IMG/VR virus record: IMGVR_UViG_3300011560_000039
Source: a virus
Taxonomy: Duplodnaviria; Heunggongvirae; Uroviricota; Caudoviricetes
Direction: 5' to 3' (one strand)
Length of the DNA stretch: 24,717 nucleotides
Below the pieces are notes generated by a model. That model made no database searches. It had not been told where the DNA came from and was given only the letters and a program-made list of their open reading frames with translations. Shown one piece after another: positions 9,984-18,429 of the stretch; within the stretch, counting starts at the first letter, position 1, and each line of letters starts with the position of its first letter. Made by a program: the position numbers and the translations under genes.

Positions 9984-10730
9984 ATGAAAAATATTGCGAC
10001 AGGCGACGTTCTTGAACGTATCCGCAGACTGGCCCCGTCACATGTAACCGCGCCATTCAAGACGGTAGCGGAGTGGCGCGAGTGGCAACTTTCCGAAGGC
10101 CAGAAACGTTGTGAGGAGATCAACCGTCAGAATCGTCAGTTGCGGGTGGAAAAAATTCTGAATCGCTCTGGCATCCAGCCATTGCACCGCAAATGCTCGT
10201 TTTCGAATTACCAGGTGCAGAACGAAGGGCAGCGATACGCGTTGAGTCAGGCGAAATCCATCGCTGATGAACTGATGACCGGGTGTACAAATTTTGCGTT
10301 CAGCGGAAAACCTGGTACCGGGAAGAACCACTTAGCGGCAGCTATCGGGAATCGCCTGCTGAAAGACGGTCAGACAGTGATTGTGGTTACCGTGGCTGAT
10401 GTTATGAGTGCCCTGCACGCCAGCTATGACGACGGGCAGTCAGGCGAAAAATTTTTGCGGGAACTGTGCGAAGTGGATCTGCTGGTTCTTGATGAAATTG
10501 GCATTCAGCGCGAGACGAAAAACGAGCAGGTGGTACTGCACCAGATTGTTGATCGCCGGACAGCGTCGATGCGCAGCGTGGGGATGCTGACAAACCTGAA
10601 CTATGAGGCCATGAAAACATTGCTTGGCGAGCGGATTATGGATCGCATGACCATGAACGGCGGGCGATGGGTGAATTTCAACTGGGAGAGCTGGCGTCCG
10701 AATGTCGTCCAGCCAGGAATTGCGAAGTAA
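9984..10730 (+). CDS. ydaV: DnaC/IstB-like AAA+ helicase loader YdaV, 248 aa
   Basis: Walker [11 protein letters not shown] and Walker B LLVLDEIG. Confidence 0.85.
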   Translation: MKNIATGDVLERIRRLAPSHVTAPFKTVAEWREWQLSEGQKRCEEINRQNRQLRVEKILNRSGIQPLHRKCSFSNYQVQNEGQRYALSQAKSIADELMTGCTNFAFSGKPGTGKNHLAAAIGNRLLKDGQTVIVVTVADVMSALHASYDDGQSGEKFLRELCEVDLLVLDEIGIQRETKNEQVVLHQIVDRRTASMRSVGMLTNLNYEAMKTLLGERIMDRMTMNGGRWVNFNWESWRPNVVQPGIAK

Positions 10731-10752
10731 TTTTTACCGGGAGAAAAATTTA

Positions 10753-11502
10753 ATGGAGACTGTTTTTGACGCACTGAAAGCAATGGGAAAAGCCACATCC
10801 ATAGAACTTGCTGCGCGACTTGATATCAGTCGTGAAGCAGTGCTGAACGAACTATGGGAACTGAAAAAAGCTGGTTTCGTTGATAAAAGCGCGTACACCT
10901 GGCGTGTGGCTGATAACAACGTTCAGCAGGAACAGCCAATGCAGGCAGAACTGCCGGAAGAAACCACCACGGCAACTGTAGTGAAAATCTCAGAGTGCGA
11001 TTTAACCGCGACGATTGAACAACGCGGACCACAAACGGCGGATGAACTGGCTACGCTGTTCGGTACAACATCCCGCAAAGTTGCTTCAACGCTGGCAATG
11101 GCAATCAGCAAAGGACGCCTGATTCGCGTAAACCAGAACGGTAAATTTCGTTACTGCATACCGGGCGATAATTTACCAGCAGAGCCGAAAGCTGCATCGG
11201 TAACGGAAACTGATTTTAAAGCCTTTCCTCAGCCAGCAGGTGTTGCGTTACCGGTACAGAAAGATGCAACACAGGAAGATATTAAAACAGAAACTGTAGC
11301 GGACATTGTGCAGTCGCTGCCATCGTTTACTGAAACGCGAGCGGATGACCTGGTTTTACCATCACTGCATATGGCAAACCGCGAACTGCGTAGGGCGAAG
11401 AATCATGTCCAGAAGTGGGAGCGAGTCTGCGCCGCGCTGCGGGAGCTGAACAAGCACTGGGATATTGTCCATAAAGTTATTGCAGCAGGTATGGAGAAAT
11501 AA
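10753..11502 (+). CDS. ydaW: YdaW-like protein with two tandem winged-helix-like segments (apparently full-length), ~250 aa from ATG 10753
   Basis: [43 protein letters not shown] and a second similar segment [34 protein letters not shown]; track ORF starts at 10702 inside ydaV without RBS support. Confidence 0.7.
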   Translation: METVFDALKAMGKATSIELAARLDISREAVLNELWELKKAGFVDKSAYTWRVADNNVQQEQPMQAELPEETTTATVVKISECDLTATIEQRGPQTADELATLFGTTSRKVASTLAMAISKGRLIRVNQNGKFRYCIPGDNLPAEPKAASVTETDFKAFPQPAGVALPVQKDATQEDIKTETVADIVQSLPSFTETRADDLVLPSLHMANRELRRAKNHVQKWERVCAALRELNKHWDIVHKVIAAGMEK

Positions 11503-11755
11503 ATACTCCTGATTATATGAGTCATCCTGCTGCAGTTGTGACCAATATGATCGGTTGTGCAGAGTTCTTCAGATAGGGGTAATGAAAACTGCGGTGATTT
11601 GTATTCGCTGCAGTTAATATAAACTCGTCGAATTTTTTCATGAAATGTGATCTTAGTCATATTTATATCACGTCTATTTATCAGGTTCTGATGAAATCAT
11701 CAGGTGTTAAGATACTATTTGTGCTGTCACCTCAATGGGTTAAAAAGGAATCTGG
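11503..11755 (+). promoter_or_regulatory. AT-rich upstream region of the cargo gene with a 16-bp palindrome CTGATGA-AA-TCATCAG (11688-11703) and a 9-bp direct repeat GCTGCAGTT (11529-11537, 11607-11615)
   Basis: Repeats read directly; AAGGAA Shine-Dalgarno 7 nt upstream of ATG 11756; promoter hexamers not confidently assignable by eye. Confidence 0.45.
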
Positions 11756-13825
11756 ATGAAAGGTAATATTCTTGGGGATATCCGAGCTGAACATGACGAA
11801 AAGATGTTGGAAGCTTCATTTTGGCAAACAACTGATTATAAAGCTCTTCTCGAATCCTACGATCGATGCATCATTGTTGGCCGCAGAGGAACAGGAAAAA
11901 GTGCTCTGGTGCATATGCTTTCCAAACATTGGCATGCTAAGCCAAAAACCTATGTGATGACTATTAGTCCGGTTGAAGAACAAATTATTGGATTAAGGGA
12001 TGTTATTTCTTTATTTGGTGAAAATTACTTACATATAAAAGCCGGTAGCAAGTTAGCATGGCGATATGCTATTTATATGGAGCTGCTTTCTGAGATCGCA
12101 AGTCATTACAAGATGAAAAACGATCTTGACTACAAAAGTGTAGAGTCGCATTTATTATCTTGGGGACCGAAGAGACAAAATATAAGTAGCAAAATAAGAA
12201 AAAAATTGAACGCTATTCTCGATGATAACAAAAATATAAAACCAGCTACAAGAATAGCCGAATTATCCGATAAATTTGAACTTGACTTATTGGAAGAGGT
12301 GATAGAAGAAGCAATTTCGAAGTCAAATAATCAATTTGTTATTTTTGCTGATAGGCTTGATGAAGGCTATACACCGGATAATCTTGGTGTTGCAATAGTT
12401 GATGGTTTCATTCAGGCTGTGATTGATATAAAACAAAATATGAATGAAAAGGTTATTGCCTTTGCATTTGTTAGAGATAATATTCATCGAGCCATATCAA
12501 AAATGGACCCTGATTTTACTCGAAATATTGAAGGGCAAGTACTGAGATTACATTGGGATGAATATAACTTGTTTAATCTTGTATGCAATAGAATGAGGGT
12601 CGCTTTTAACTCAACCATTGAGAACAACACGAGGGTGTGGAATGCTTACACCGCAAATGAATTACAGTCTAATACCGGTTTTAAAGAAACATTGAAACTG
12701 ACTCTATATAGGCCAAGAGATATTTTGGTTTTGTTAAATAATGCATTCTTGCGAGCAAACACACATGATCGTAATCGTATTGTCATTGATGACATTCAAG
12801 CAACAGCGAATACTATTTCACAAAATAGACTCAATGATTTGTTAAAAGAATATGAGAATGTATTTCCTGCATTAGATATATTTACATCGCAATTTGCTAA
12901 TAGCAAACCTTACTACAGTGTTTCTGAAGCGTCATCTAAGATACAATATGCCCTTGATCTCAATGGCGTTATTGACAAGATGAAAATGCAGGATTTACTT
13001 CTTTTTGAAGGGCCAATCCAGGTGATTCAACGACTTTACAGTGTTGGATTTATTGGGTTGTATAACCAGCAGTCATCTTCATATGTATTTTGCCATGACG
13101 GTAAGGAACCTGAAAAAGAATTTACACCAGATTCAAAATTGCTATTGCATCCATGCTACTGGCTAGCATTAAGTGTTCATGAATCAGAGATGACTCCCGA
13201 TGCTGCTGATGATATTCATGATGAATATGATATTGAGGTCAGCTCTGTTTCCGAAGAGCAGAGGAAACAACGAATCGGTTCGTTGCTCCAAGAACTACAT
13301 AATATACCTGAAGGACCTGAAGGTGCTGTCGATTTTGAAGCATGGGCGCTCAAAACTATAAAGTTACTATTTGCTACGAATTTAACGAACATTGAGTTGC
13401 ATCCCAATAAAAATGGGTTGCAGCAAAGAGATATTATAGCGACAAATATAGCTGACACTCCAGTTTGGAAGAGAATTCTGACAGATTATCAGACACGGCA
13501 AGTTGTTTTTGAAGTGAAAAACTATAAAACATTAGGTGCTGCAGAATATAGACAGGTAAATTCCTATTTGTTTAAAGACTATGGGCGGATAGCTTTTATC
13601 ATAAATAGAGATCACACAGAGAATTTAGAAAAACATAAAGAGCTTACGTGGGTAAAAGAAATTTATGATAATCATAATAAATTAGTTGTGAAGTTACCCT
13701 CTAAGTTCCTTGAAAGGCATCTGTCAAAAATGAGAAGCCCGCAAAAACATGACGAAGTTAATAAACAATTAGGTAAACTGCTCGATCAGTACATAAGGGT
13801 CTATTTAAATAATAAATGTAAGTAA
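11756..13825 (+). CDS. Cargo protein, 689 aa: N-terminal P-loop NTPase (Walker A GRRGTGKS; Walker B-like VIFADRLDE) with a C-terminal PD-(D/E)xK-like nuclease motif (D..x24..EVK); candidate anti-phage defence or abortive-infection protein
   Basis: Long ORF with RBS; markedly AT-rich compared with flanking Rac genes; motifs read from the translation; occupies a variable position between the replication and nin/Q modules; not recognised as a named family. Confidence 0.85.
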   Translation: MKGNILGDIRAEHDEKMLEASFWQTTDYKALLESYDRCIIVGRRGTGKSALVHMLSKHWHAKPKTYVMTISPVEEQIIGLRDVISLFGENYLHIKAGSKLAWRYAIYMELLSEIASHYKMKNDLDYKSVESHLLSWGPKRQNISSKIRKKLNAILDDNKNIKPATRIAELSDKFELDLLEEVIEEAISKSNNQFVIFADRLDEGYTPDNLGVAIVDGFIQAVIDIKQNMNEKVIAFAFVRDNIHRAISKMDPDFTRNIEGQVLRLHWDEYNLFNLVCNRMRVAFNSTIENNTRVWNAYTANELQSNTGFKETLKLTLYRPRDILVLLNNAFLRANTHDRNRIVIDDIQATANTISQNRLNDLLKEYENVFPALDIFTSQFANSKPYYSVSEASSKIQYALDLNGVIDKMKMQDLLLFEGPIQVIQRLYSVGFIGLYNQQSSSYVFCHDGKEPEKEFTPDSKLLLHPCYWLALSVHESEMTPDAADDIHDEYDIEVSSVSEEQRKQRIGSLLQELHNIPEGPEGAVDFEAWALKTIKLLFATNLTNIELHPNKNGLQQRDIIATNIADTPVWKRILTDYQTRQVVFEVKNYKTLGAAEYRQVNSYLFKDYGRIAFIINRDHTENLEKHKELTWVKEIYDNHNKLVVKLPSKFLERHLSKMRSPQKHDEVNKQLGKLLDQYIRVYLNNKCK

Positions 13826-13835
13826 TTCAATCTTT

Positions 13836-13867
13836 ACCGAAAGATCATGTATCTTTCGGTATTTTTA
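13836..13867 (+). terminator. Rho-independent terminator of the cargo gene (stem ACCGAAAGAT / ATCTTTCGGT, loop CATGT, then ATTTTTA)
   Basis: Perfect 10-bp inverted repeat followed by a T-run, 11 nt after the stop codon. Confidence 0.75.
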
Positions 13868-13959
13868 AGTGAGAGTAATCAAAATCGTAATGAGAGCTAT
13901 ATAATAATCTGTATAGATTAATTTACGAACGATTCAACATTTACCGTTATTATGACGGT

Positions 13960-14095
13960 GCAGGTTGCAAGGAAAGACCTCTGCGAGGTACGAATCCGAA
14001 CCGACCAGACGGAGGTCGCTGTCTTCACAGCTTACGAACTTGGGGAGTAAGAGGACCAGCGGGGAGAAATCCCCGCAACCTCTGATGTATTATGC
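13960..14095. other. GC-rich structured island inside an otherwise AT-rich ~650-bp non-coding gap; candidate structured ncRNA or gene remnant
   Basis: Local hairpins GCGGGGA-GAAA-TCCCCGC (GNRA-type loop), ACCTC-TGC-GAGGT and GACC-AGACGGA-GGTC; no ORF of 60 aa or more on the + strand. Confidence 0.35.
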
Positions 14096-14513
14096 ATCCT
14101 CAACGCAGCCACAGTTAACCTGATTGGCGGGTTTACTTCATCTGTAAATATTTTTATAAAAATAATGCCCACGCACAGCATAAAACAAAAAGTATTACAG
14201 ATAAAAAAGGAACGTAATGTACAGATTTGTTGTTTTCCATATTTACTCACCTTAATATGATTAACCCTGATAGGGCTGTTATTTCAGCGGTTTTCAAATG
14301 AGATATTATGGTGATCTGACAAATTTGCATAACATTAAAATTTAATTTGTTTAACCGCTTTTAATAATAAGCGTTGTTTGTATCCCAGCAATCTGTTGTT
14401 TGGTCTTTATTCCATTAAGGTGGGGGCTTTACACTGGAACCAGTTTATTTATACTTTATACGTCAGCCTGAACAACTGGCATCTGCTGCACTGCGCCATC
14501 GAGAGATTGAGAA

Positions 14514-15113
14514 ATGGCGCATATACAACTGGTCAAACAAACTTCTTCTGGTTTACTTCTCCCGGCGACGCCGGAGAGTTGCGATTTTCTGCATCAAATC
14601 AAAATAGGTGAGTGGATACACGCAGACTTTAAGCGTGTGCGTAACTACGCATTCCACAAGCGTTTTTTCAAACTCCTGCAACTGGGATTCGATTACTGGA
14701 CTCCGGTCGGTGGGGCGATCACGCCTCGCGAACGAGAACTGCTGTCTGGTTTCGTTGATTACCTGTGCGAATCAGTTGGTCGGGAACACACGCCAGCCCT
14801 GAGTGATGCCGCAGAGCAATACCTTAACACCGTTGCGACTCGTAGAACCCGGGATACGGCGTTGCTAAAGTCGTTTGAGGCTTTCCGCGAGTGGGTAACC
14901 ATTCAGGCCGGATTTTACACCGAGCATATTTATCCGGACGGTAGCCGTGGGCGTCGGGCAAAATCCATCGCTTTTGCGAATATGGACGAAGTCGAGTTTC
15001 AGCAGGTTTATAAATCTGTACTGAATGTGCTGTGGAACTGGATTCTGTTCCGTAAATTCTCCTCTCAGGAGGAAGTTGAAAATGTGGCCGCACAACTACT
15101 GGAGTTTGCGTAA
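14514..15113 (+). CDS. nin-region phage protein, DUF1367/YbcN-like, 199 aa
   Basis: MAHIQLVKQTSSGLLLPATPES...AAQLLEFA recalled as a YbcN-type nin-region protein; family name from memory only. Confidence 0.6.
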   Translation: MAHIQLVKQTSSGLLLPATPESCDFLHQIKIGEWIHADFKRVRNYAFHKRFFKLLQLGFDYWTPVGGAITPRERELLSGFVDYLCESVGREHTPALSDAAEQYLNTVATRRTRDTALLKSFEAFREWVTIQAGFYTEHIYPDGSRGRRAKSIAFANMDEVEFQQVYKSVLNVLWNWILFRKFSSQEEVENVAAQLLEFA

Positions 15114-15403
15114 TGGTGAATTTACGTAAAGCGGCTAAAGGCCAGATGTGCCAGATCAGAATCCCTGGCTACTGCAATCACAATCCCGAAACCTCTGTGC
15201 TGGCGCATTACAGGCTGGCGGGGACGTGCGGAACAGCGACAAAACCACACGATATGCAGGCGGCGATAGCCTGTAGCTCATGCCACGATCTAATCGACGG
15301 GCGGGTAAAAACCAGCGATTACACCAAAGAAGAATTGCGCCTGATGCATGCTGAAGGGGTTTTTCGCACACAAGAAATCTGGAGAAAGAAAGGTCATTTA
15401 TGA
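15113..15403 (+). CDS. DUF1364 (YbcO/YnaK-like) Cys/His-rich putative nuclease, 96 aa
   Basis: LRKAAKG.MCQIRIPGYCNHNPETSVLAH...ACSSCHD pattern; ATG overlaps the upstream stop (TAATG). Confidence 0.7.
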   Translation: MVNLRKAAKGQMCQIRIPGYCNHNPETSVLAHYRLAGTCGTATKPHDMQAAIACSSCHDLIDGRVKTSDYTKEELRLMHAEGVFRTQEIWRKKGHL

Positions 15404-15942
15404 TTTACCCAACGAATACAGGAAAAAGCGGAGAACACCTTCGCCTCACCACGCTGGAAAGTGTCTGGATTCAGGGAAAACTACGTATGTGGGGGCGCTG
15501 GTCGTATATTGGCGGTGGCAGGTCAGGGAATATGTTCAATCAGTTGTTGGCATCCAAAAAACTGACGAAAACAGCCATTAATGAAGCCCTGCGCAGAATG
15601 AAAAAAGCGGGAATAGAGAAAGCTGAGCTGGAAGCGTTTTTGCGAGAGATGATCAACGGCAAGCAAAAGAGCTGGCTGGCGCATTGTACTGATGCAGAGG
15701 CGTTATGTATTGATCGAGTCATAAGTGAGGTGCTGGCAGAGCATCCAGGATTGATTTGCATTCTCCGGCAACGCTATGAAGGGCGGGGGATGGCTAAGCG
15801 CAAAATGGCTGAATTGCTAAATGATGCACACCCAGAGTGGTGTTTTAGCACATGCGAAAAACGGATTGCTAATTGGTTAGCTGTTGCTGAGTATGCCCTA
15901 TATATTCCCATGCGTGAATCATTTGCTGAGAAAATGGCTTGA
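15400..15942 (+). CDS. Putative late-gene antiterminator Q (phage 82/21-type), 180 aa
   Basis: Position immediately upstream of a strong terminator and the lysis cassette; Cys-containing C-terminal region; ATG overlaps the upstream stop. Confidence 0.6.
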   Translation: MIYPTNTGKSGEHLRLTTLESVWIQGKLRMWGRWSYIGGGRSGNMFNQLLASKKLTKTAINEALRRMKKAGIEKAELEAFLREMINGKQKSWLAHCTDAEALCIDRVISEVLAEHPGLICILRQRYEGRGMAKRKMAELLNDAHPEWCFSTCEKRIANWLAVAEYALYIPMRESFAEKMA

Positions 15943-16022
15943 TTTCTTACGTATAAACTGCTTCAATTTTGCTATGCTTCGCAAAGCTGTATCGCGAGGC
16001 GGATTGCAGACATGGACATCGT

Positions 16023-16050
16023 AAAAAAACCGCTTAATGCGGTTTTTTTT
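16023..16050 (+). terminator. tR'-like rho-independent terminator downstream of Q (AAAAAAACCGC-TTAAT-GCGGTTTTTTTT)
   Basis: Hairpin plus T8 run about 80 nt after the Q stop; the late promoter and qut site are expected in 15943-16022. Confidence 0.75.
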
Positions 16051-16370
16051 ACGTCAGGAAAGCAGGGGAGAATGCTGCTAGTTGGGCAACTGGTCTTTCT
16101 GCTCCAAATTATAACAGAGACCAGTTATAGTTTCGGTGCTGTGTTTTTTTTACAATATTGTGATAACACATTGCTGGCGGGAGTTTTGATATTTCTTGGC
16201 AGGGGCTGATGATGCGTTATCCTGATGTCGTCAACTCATATAAAATGAGATGAGAGATCATTGCAGGGTGGTTTGTAATTCGCTGTTTAGCGGGACAATA
16301 TGTTGTCTGATACAAGACACCCGACGCCTCAGATTACTATAATAAAGACGAAGCATCCTTTGTATTAACC

Positions 16371-16396
16371 AACCGCCTGTTTAGGCGGTTCTTTTT
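16371..16396 (+). terminator. Second rho-independent terminator (AACCGCC-TGTT-TAGGCGGTT, then CTTTTT)
   Basis: Inverted repeat plus T-run read directly. Confidence 0.6.
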
Positions 16397-16987
16397 GGGC
16401 TGGTTTATTGTATGCCAAATGATTATTAAAAAGGTTGTGTTAATAACAAAATCCGAAATAATATGCCTGCATATTTTTATCTTGCTTATATTCTGCATAT
16501 TGTGCATAGCAGGCTCATCCCTGCAATCAAAACTGTATGATGAGTATTTTTTGTTTTCCTTTTTTCCAGTCATCTGATGATGACCTGCTTCTTTTTAATC
16601 CGGATCGACATCAGTTTTTTAAGATAATTCCTGCGAGTTATATGCATAAATACCACAAACTCCGCATTTTATGTGGTTGGGAGTTGCCGGGCGCGCAGTG
16701 AGTTTGCTAAGAAAACTCCTGCATGGTGAATCCCCCTGTGCGGTGGGGTGATACCATTAACCTTTTCTGTCGCCGACAGGTATCACGAACATTTTGTTCA
16801 CCGGGAGGCACCCGGCACCATGCACTTCAATAGATTCTCTCCACATTATGGATATTCTTTCAGAATATCCCACGCAGACTTTGTGTAAATGTTAACAAAT
16901 GTGCGTTTTATTTGATCTGATTCGCTGTTTGAGCGTCCAAAACAACGGTATATATAATCCTTTACTATATGACATATGTGAGGAAAA

Positions 16988-17416
16988 ATGGGTTTTCGTA
17001 GCGCATCAATTCTTACGTTGATTATTAGTGGGATTATTATCGGGTGCACTGATGCTGTATCGACAAATTATCATGACCGTACATCATATTACTCCGATAA
17101 AGCAATAGAGACACAGTATGTGAGTTCATCTGAACGTACTTCTGATGTTAGTGAGGATATCCGTCTGTATGCCCATCAAATCAAGAGCGCCATCGAAAAA
17201 CAGTTCGGGGATGCGAGTAAGTATTCAGGAAAAGAGTGTACACTGAGAATGCATATGGCCCCGAATGGCCTTCTACTGGAGGTTAAAAGAGAAAGTGGAG
17301 ACCTCGATTTATGTCGTGAAGCGATGAATGCGATAAAGAATGCTGATATACCTGCCCCCCCTTCGCCGGAAGTATATAAAGTATTTCAAAATGGGGTGCT
17401 GGATTTTAAACCCTGA
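16988..17416 (+). CDS. Lipoprotein with TolA C-terminal domain III homology (moron), 142 aa
   Basis: Signal peptide plus lipobox IIIGC; C-terminus QIKSAIEKQFGDASKYSGKECTLRMHMAPNGLLLEVK...IPAPPSPEVYKVFQNGVLDFKP parallels the recalled TolA C-terminus (...GKTCTLRIKLAPDGMLLDIK...IPKPPSQAVYEVFKNAPLDFKP); GAGGAAAA RBS. Confidence 0.8.
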   Translation: MGFRSASILTLIISGIIIGCTDAVSTNYHDRTSYYSDKAIETQYVSSSERTSDVSEDIRLYAHQIKSAIEKQFGDASKYSGKECTLRMHMAPNGLLLEVKRESGDLDLCREAMNAIKNADIPAPPSPEVYKVFQNGVLDFKP

Positions 17417-17566
17417 TATTTATTGTTTTGTAATAAACGGTTTCGGCTTAGGTTTGTTCTGACACAGCTACGGCACTGAGCTAAATTTAGCGGATAGTCA
17501 GCTCTGAGCCAGTGGCGGACGTAACAACTACTATTGCTGAGATTTTAATGGATTGAGGAGCAAGAA

Positions 17567-17962
17567 GTGGGATTAAAGAAAATCGTTATGTTGACTTTTT
17601 GGGTCGGTTTTGTTGCGGGATGCACACCTTTACACCCTTCAGATTGCCACAAAACTACTGCTACAGGTAGTTGCAGTTCAGGACGCTGGGATGATCAGGA
17701 TGAATGGGGGGCGCAAGCGCGGGGAATCAGAGCTGCAATTAATGCCAAACTTGATGAGCCGCATAACTGGAAAGGGAAAAAATGCAGGTTGCATATGGAA
17801 TTCTCTCAGGATGGCACGGCGTTAAAAATATCTACCAGTAACGGTGATAAAGCCTATTGCGAAGCGATAAAGTCCGCAGCTCATAAAGCCAAATTTCCGG
17901 CCTTCAACAATCCGGAAGTCTACAGAGATTTTCAGAAATCTGGCTTTGACATGCGAGGTTAG
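17567..17962 (+). CDS. Second, divergent TolA domain III-like lipoprotein (GTG start), 131 aa
   Basis: Signal peptide MGLKKIVMLTFWVGFVAGC with lipobox; C-terminal GKKCRLHMEFSQDGTALKIS...FPAFNNPEVYRDFQKSGFD is paralogous to the upstream gene; GAGGAG RBS before GTG. Confidence 0.75.
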   Translation: MGLKKIVMLTFWVGFVAGCTPLHPSDCHKTTATGSCSSGRWDDQDEWGAQARGIRAAINAKLDEPHNWKGKKCRLHMEFSQDGTALKISTSNGDKAYCEAIKSAAHKAKFPAFNNPEVYRDFQKSGFDMRG

Positions 17963-18087
17963 CTCTTCAATTACTATATCTCATTCATAGCAAACTGACA
18001 GATTTGATGATGTTCTATATACGAAACCTGTGATGTCAAGTCTGAGCTAATACAAATAAACATAATATCAGAGAAATACATTTTATT

Positions 18088-18109
18088 AGCTCGCTACGGC
18101 GAGCTTTTT
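18088..18109 (+). terminator. Rho-independent terminator between the moron lipoproteins and the holin (AGCTCGC-TACG-GCGAGCT, then TTTTAT)
   Basis: Perfect 7-bp stem plus T-run. Confidence 0.7.
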
Positions 18110-18213
18110 ATATTGCATCGTCTCCAGCATATATATCAATTAAGGCTCTGATTGATGTGTCTGAAAGCCTACACATAATAACTATGCCATCCGTTCCGTG
18201 CGGAGGTGAGGCT

Positions 18214-18429
18214 ATGAAATCCATGGACAAAATTTCAACAGGCATTGCCTACGGCACCTCCGCAGGCAGTGCTGGCTACTGGTTTTTACAGTTGCTCGAT
18301 AGAGTAACTCCGTCACAGTGGGCTGCAATCGGTGTGCTGGGTAGTCTGGTATTTGGCCTACTGACGTACCTGACAAACCTTTATTTCAAGATTAAAGAAG
18401 ATAAGCGCAAGGCTGCGAGAGGTGAATAA
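18214..18429 (+). CDS. Phage-21-type pinholin S with dual start MKSM (antiholin/holin), 71 aa
   Basis: [26 protein letters not shown]...[19 protein letters not shown]; GGAGGTGAG Shine-Dalgarno; the 90-aa track ORF extends upstream. Confidence 0.85.
   Translation: MKSMDKISTGIAYGTSAGSAGYWFLQLLDRVTPSQWAAIGVLGSLVFGLLTYLTNLYFKIKEDKRKAARGE

Noticed and set aside
9548-10123. 191-aa minus-strand ORF antisense to ydaU/ydaV
   Set aside because: It overlaps two well-supported genes in the rightward operon; shadow ORF.
13960-14095. tRNA or hammerhead-ribozyme interpretation of the GC-rich island
   Set aside because: The candidate T-loop (GGTTCGGATTC on the minus strand) has G where the conserved A58 should be and no acceptor/anticodon cloverleaf can be built by eye; a CUGAUG motif is present but is not followed by the required stem II and GAAA arrangement. 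The element is kept as an unexplained structured island.
14032-14250. 72-aa minus-strand ORF in the gap after the cargo gene
   Set aside because: No RBS; the translation is low-complexity and runs across the AT-rich/GC-rich boundary; most likely spurious.
16419-16577. Small hydrophobic ORF (about 52 aa) in the AT-rich moron interval
   Set aside because: Not called as a feature because there is no clear RBS and hydrophobic translations are expected by chance in AT-rich DNA; mentioned under the moron finding as worth ribosome-profiling or proteomic confirmation.
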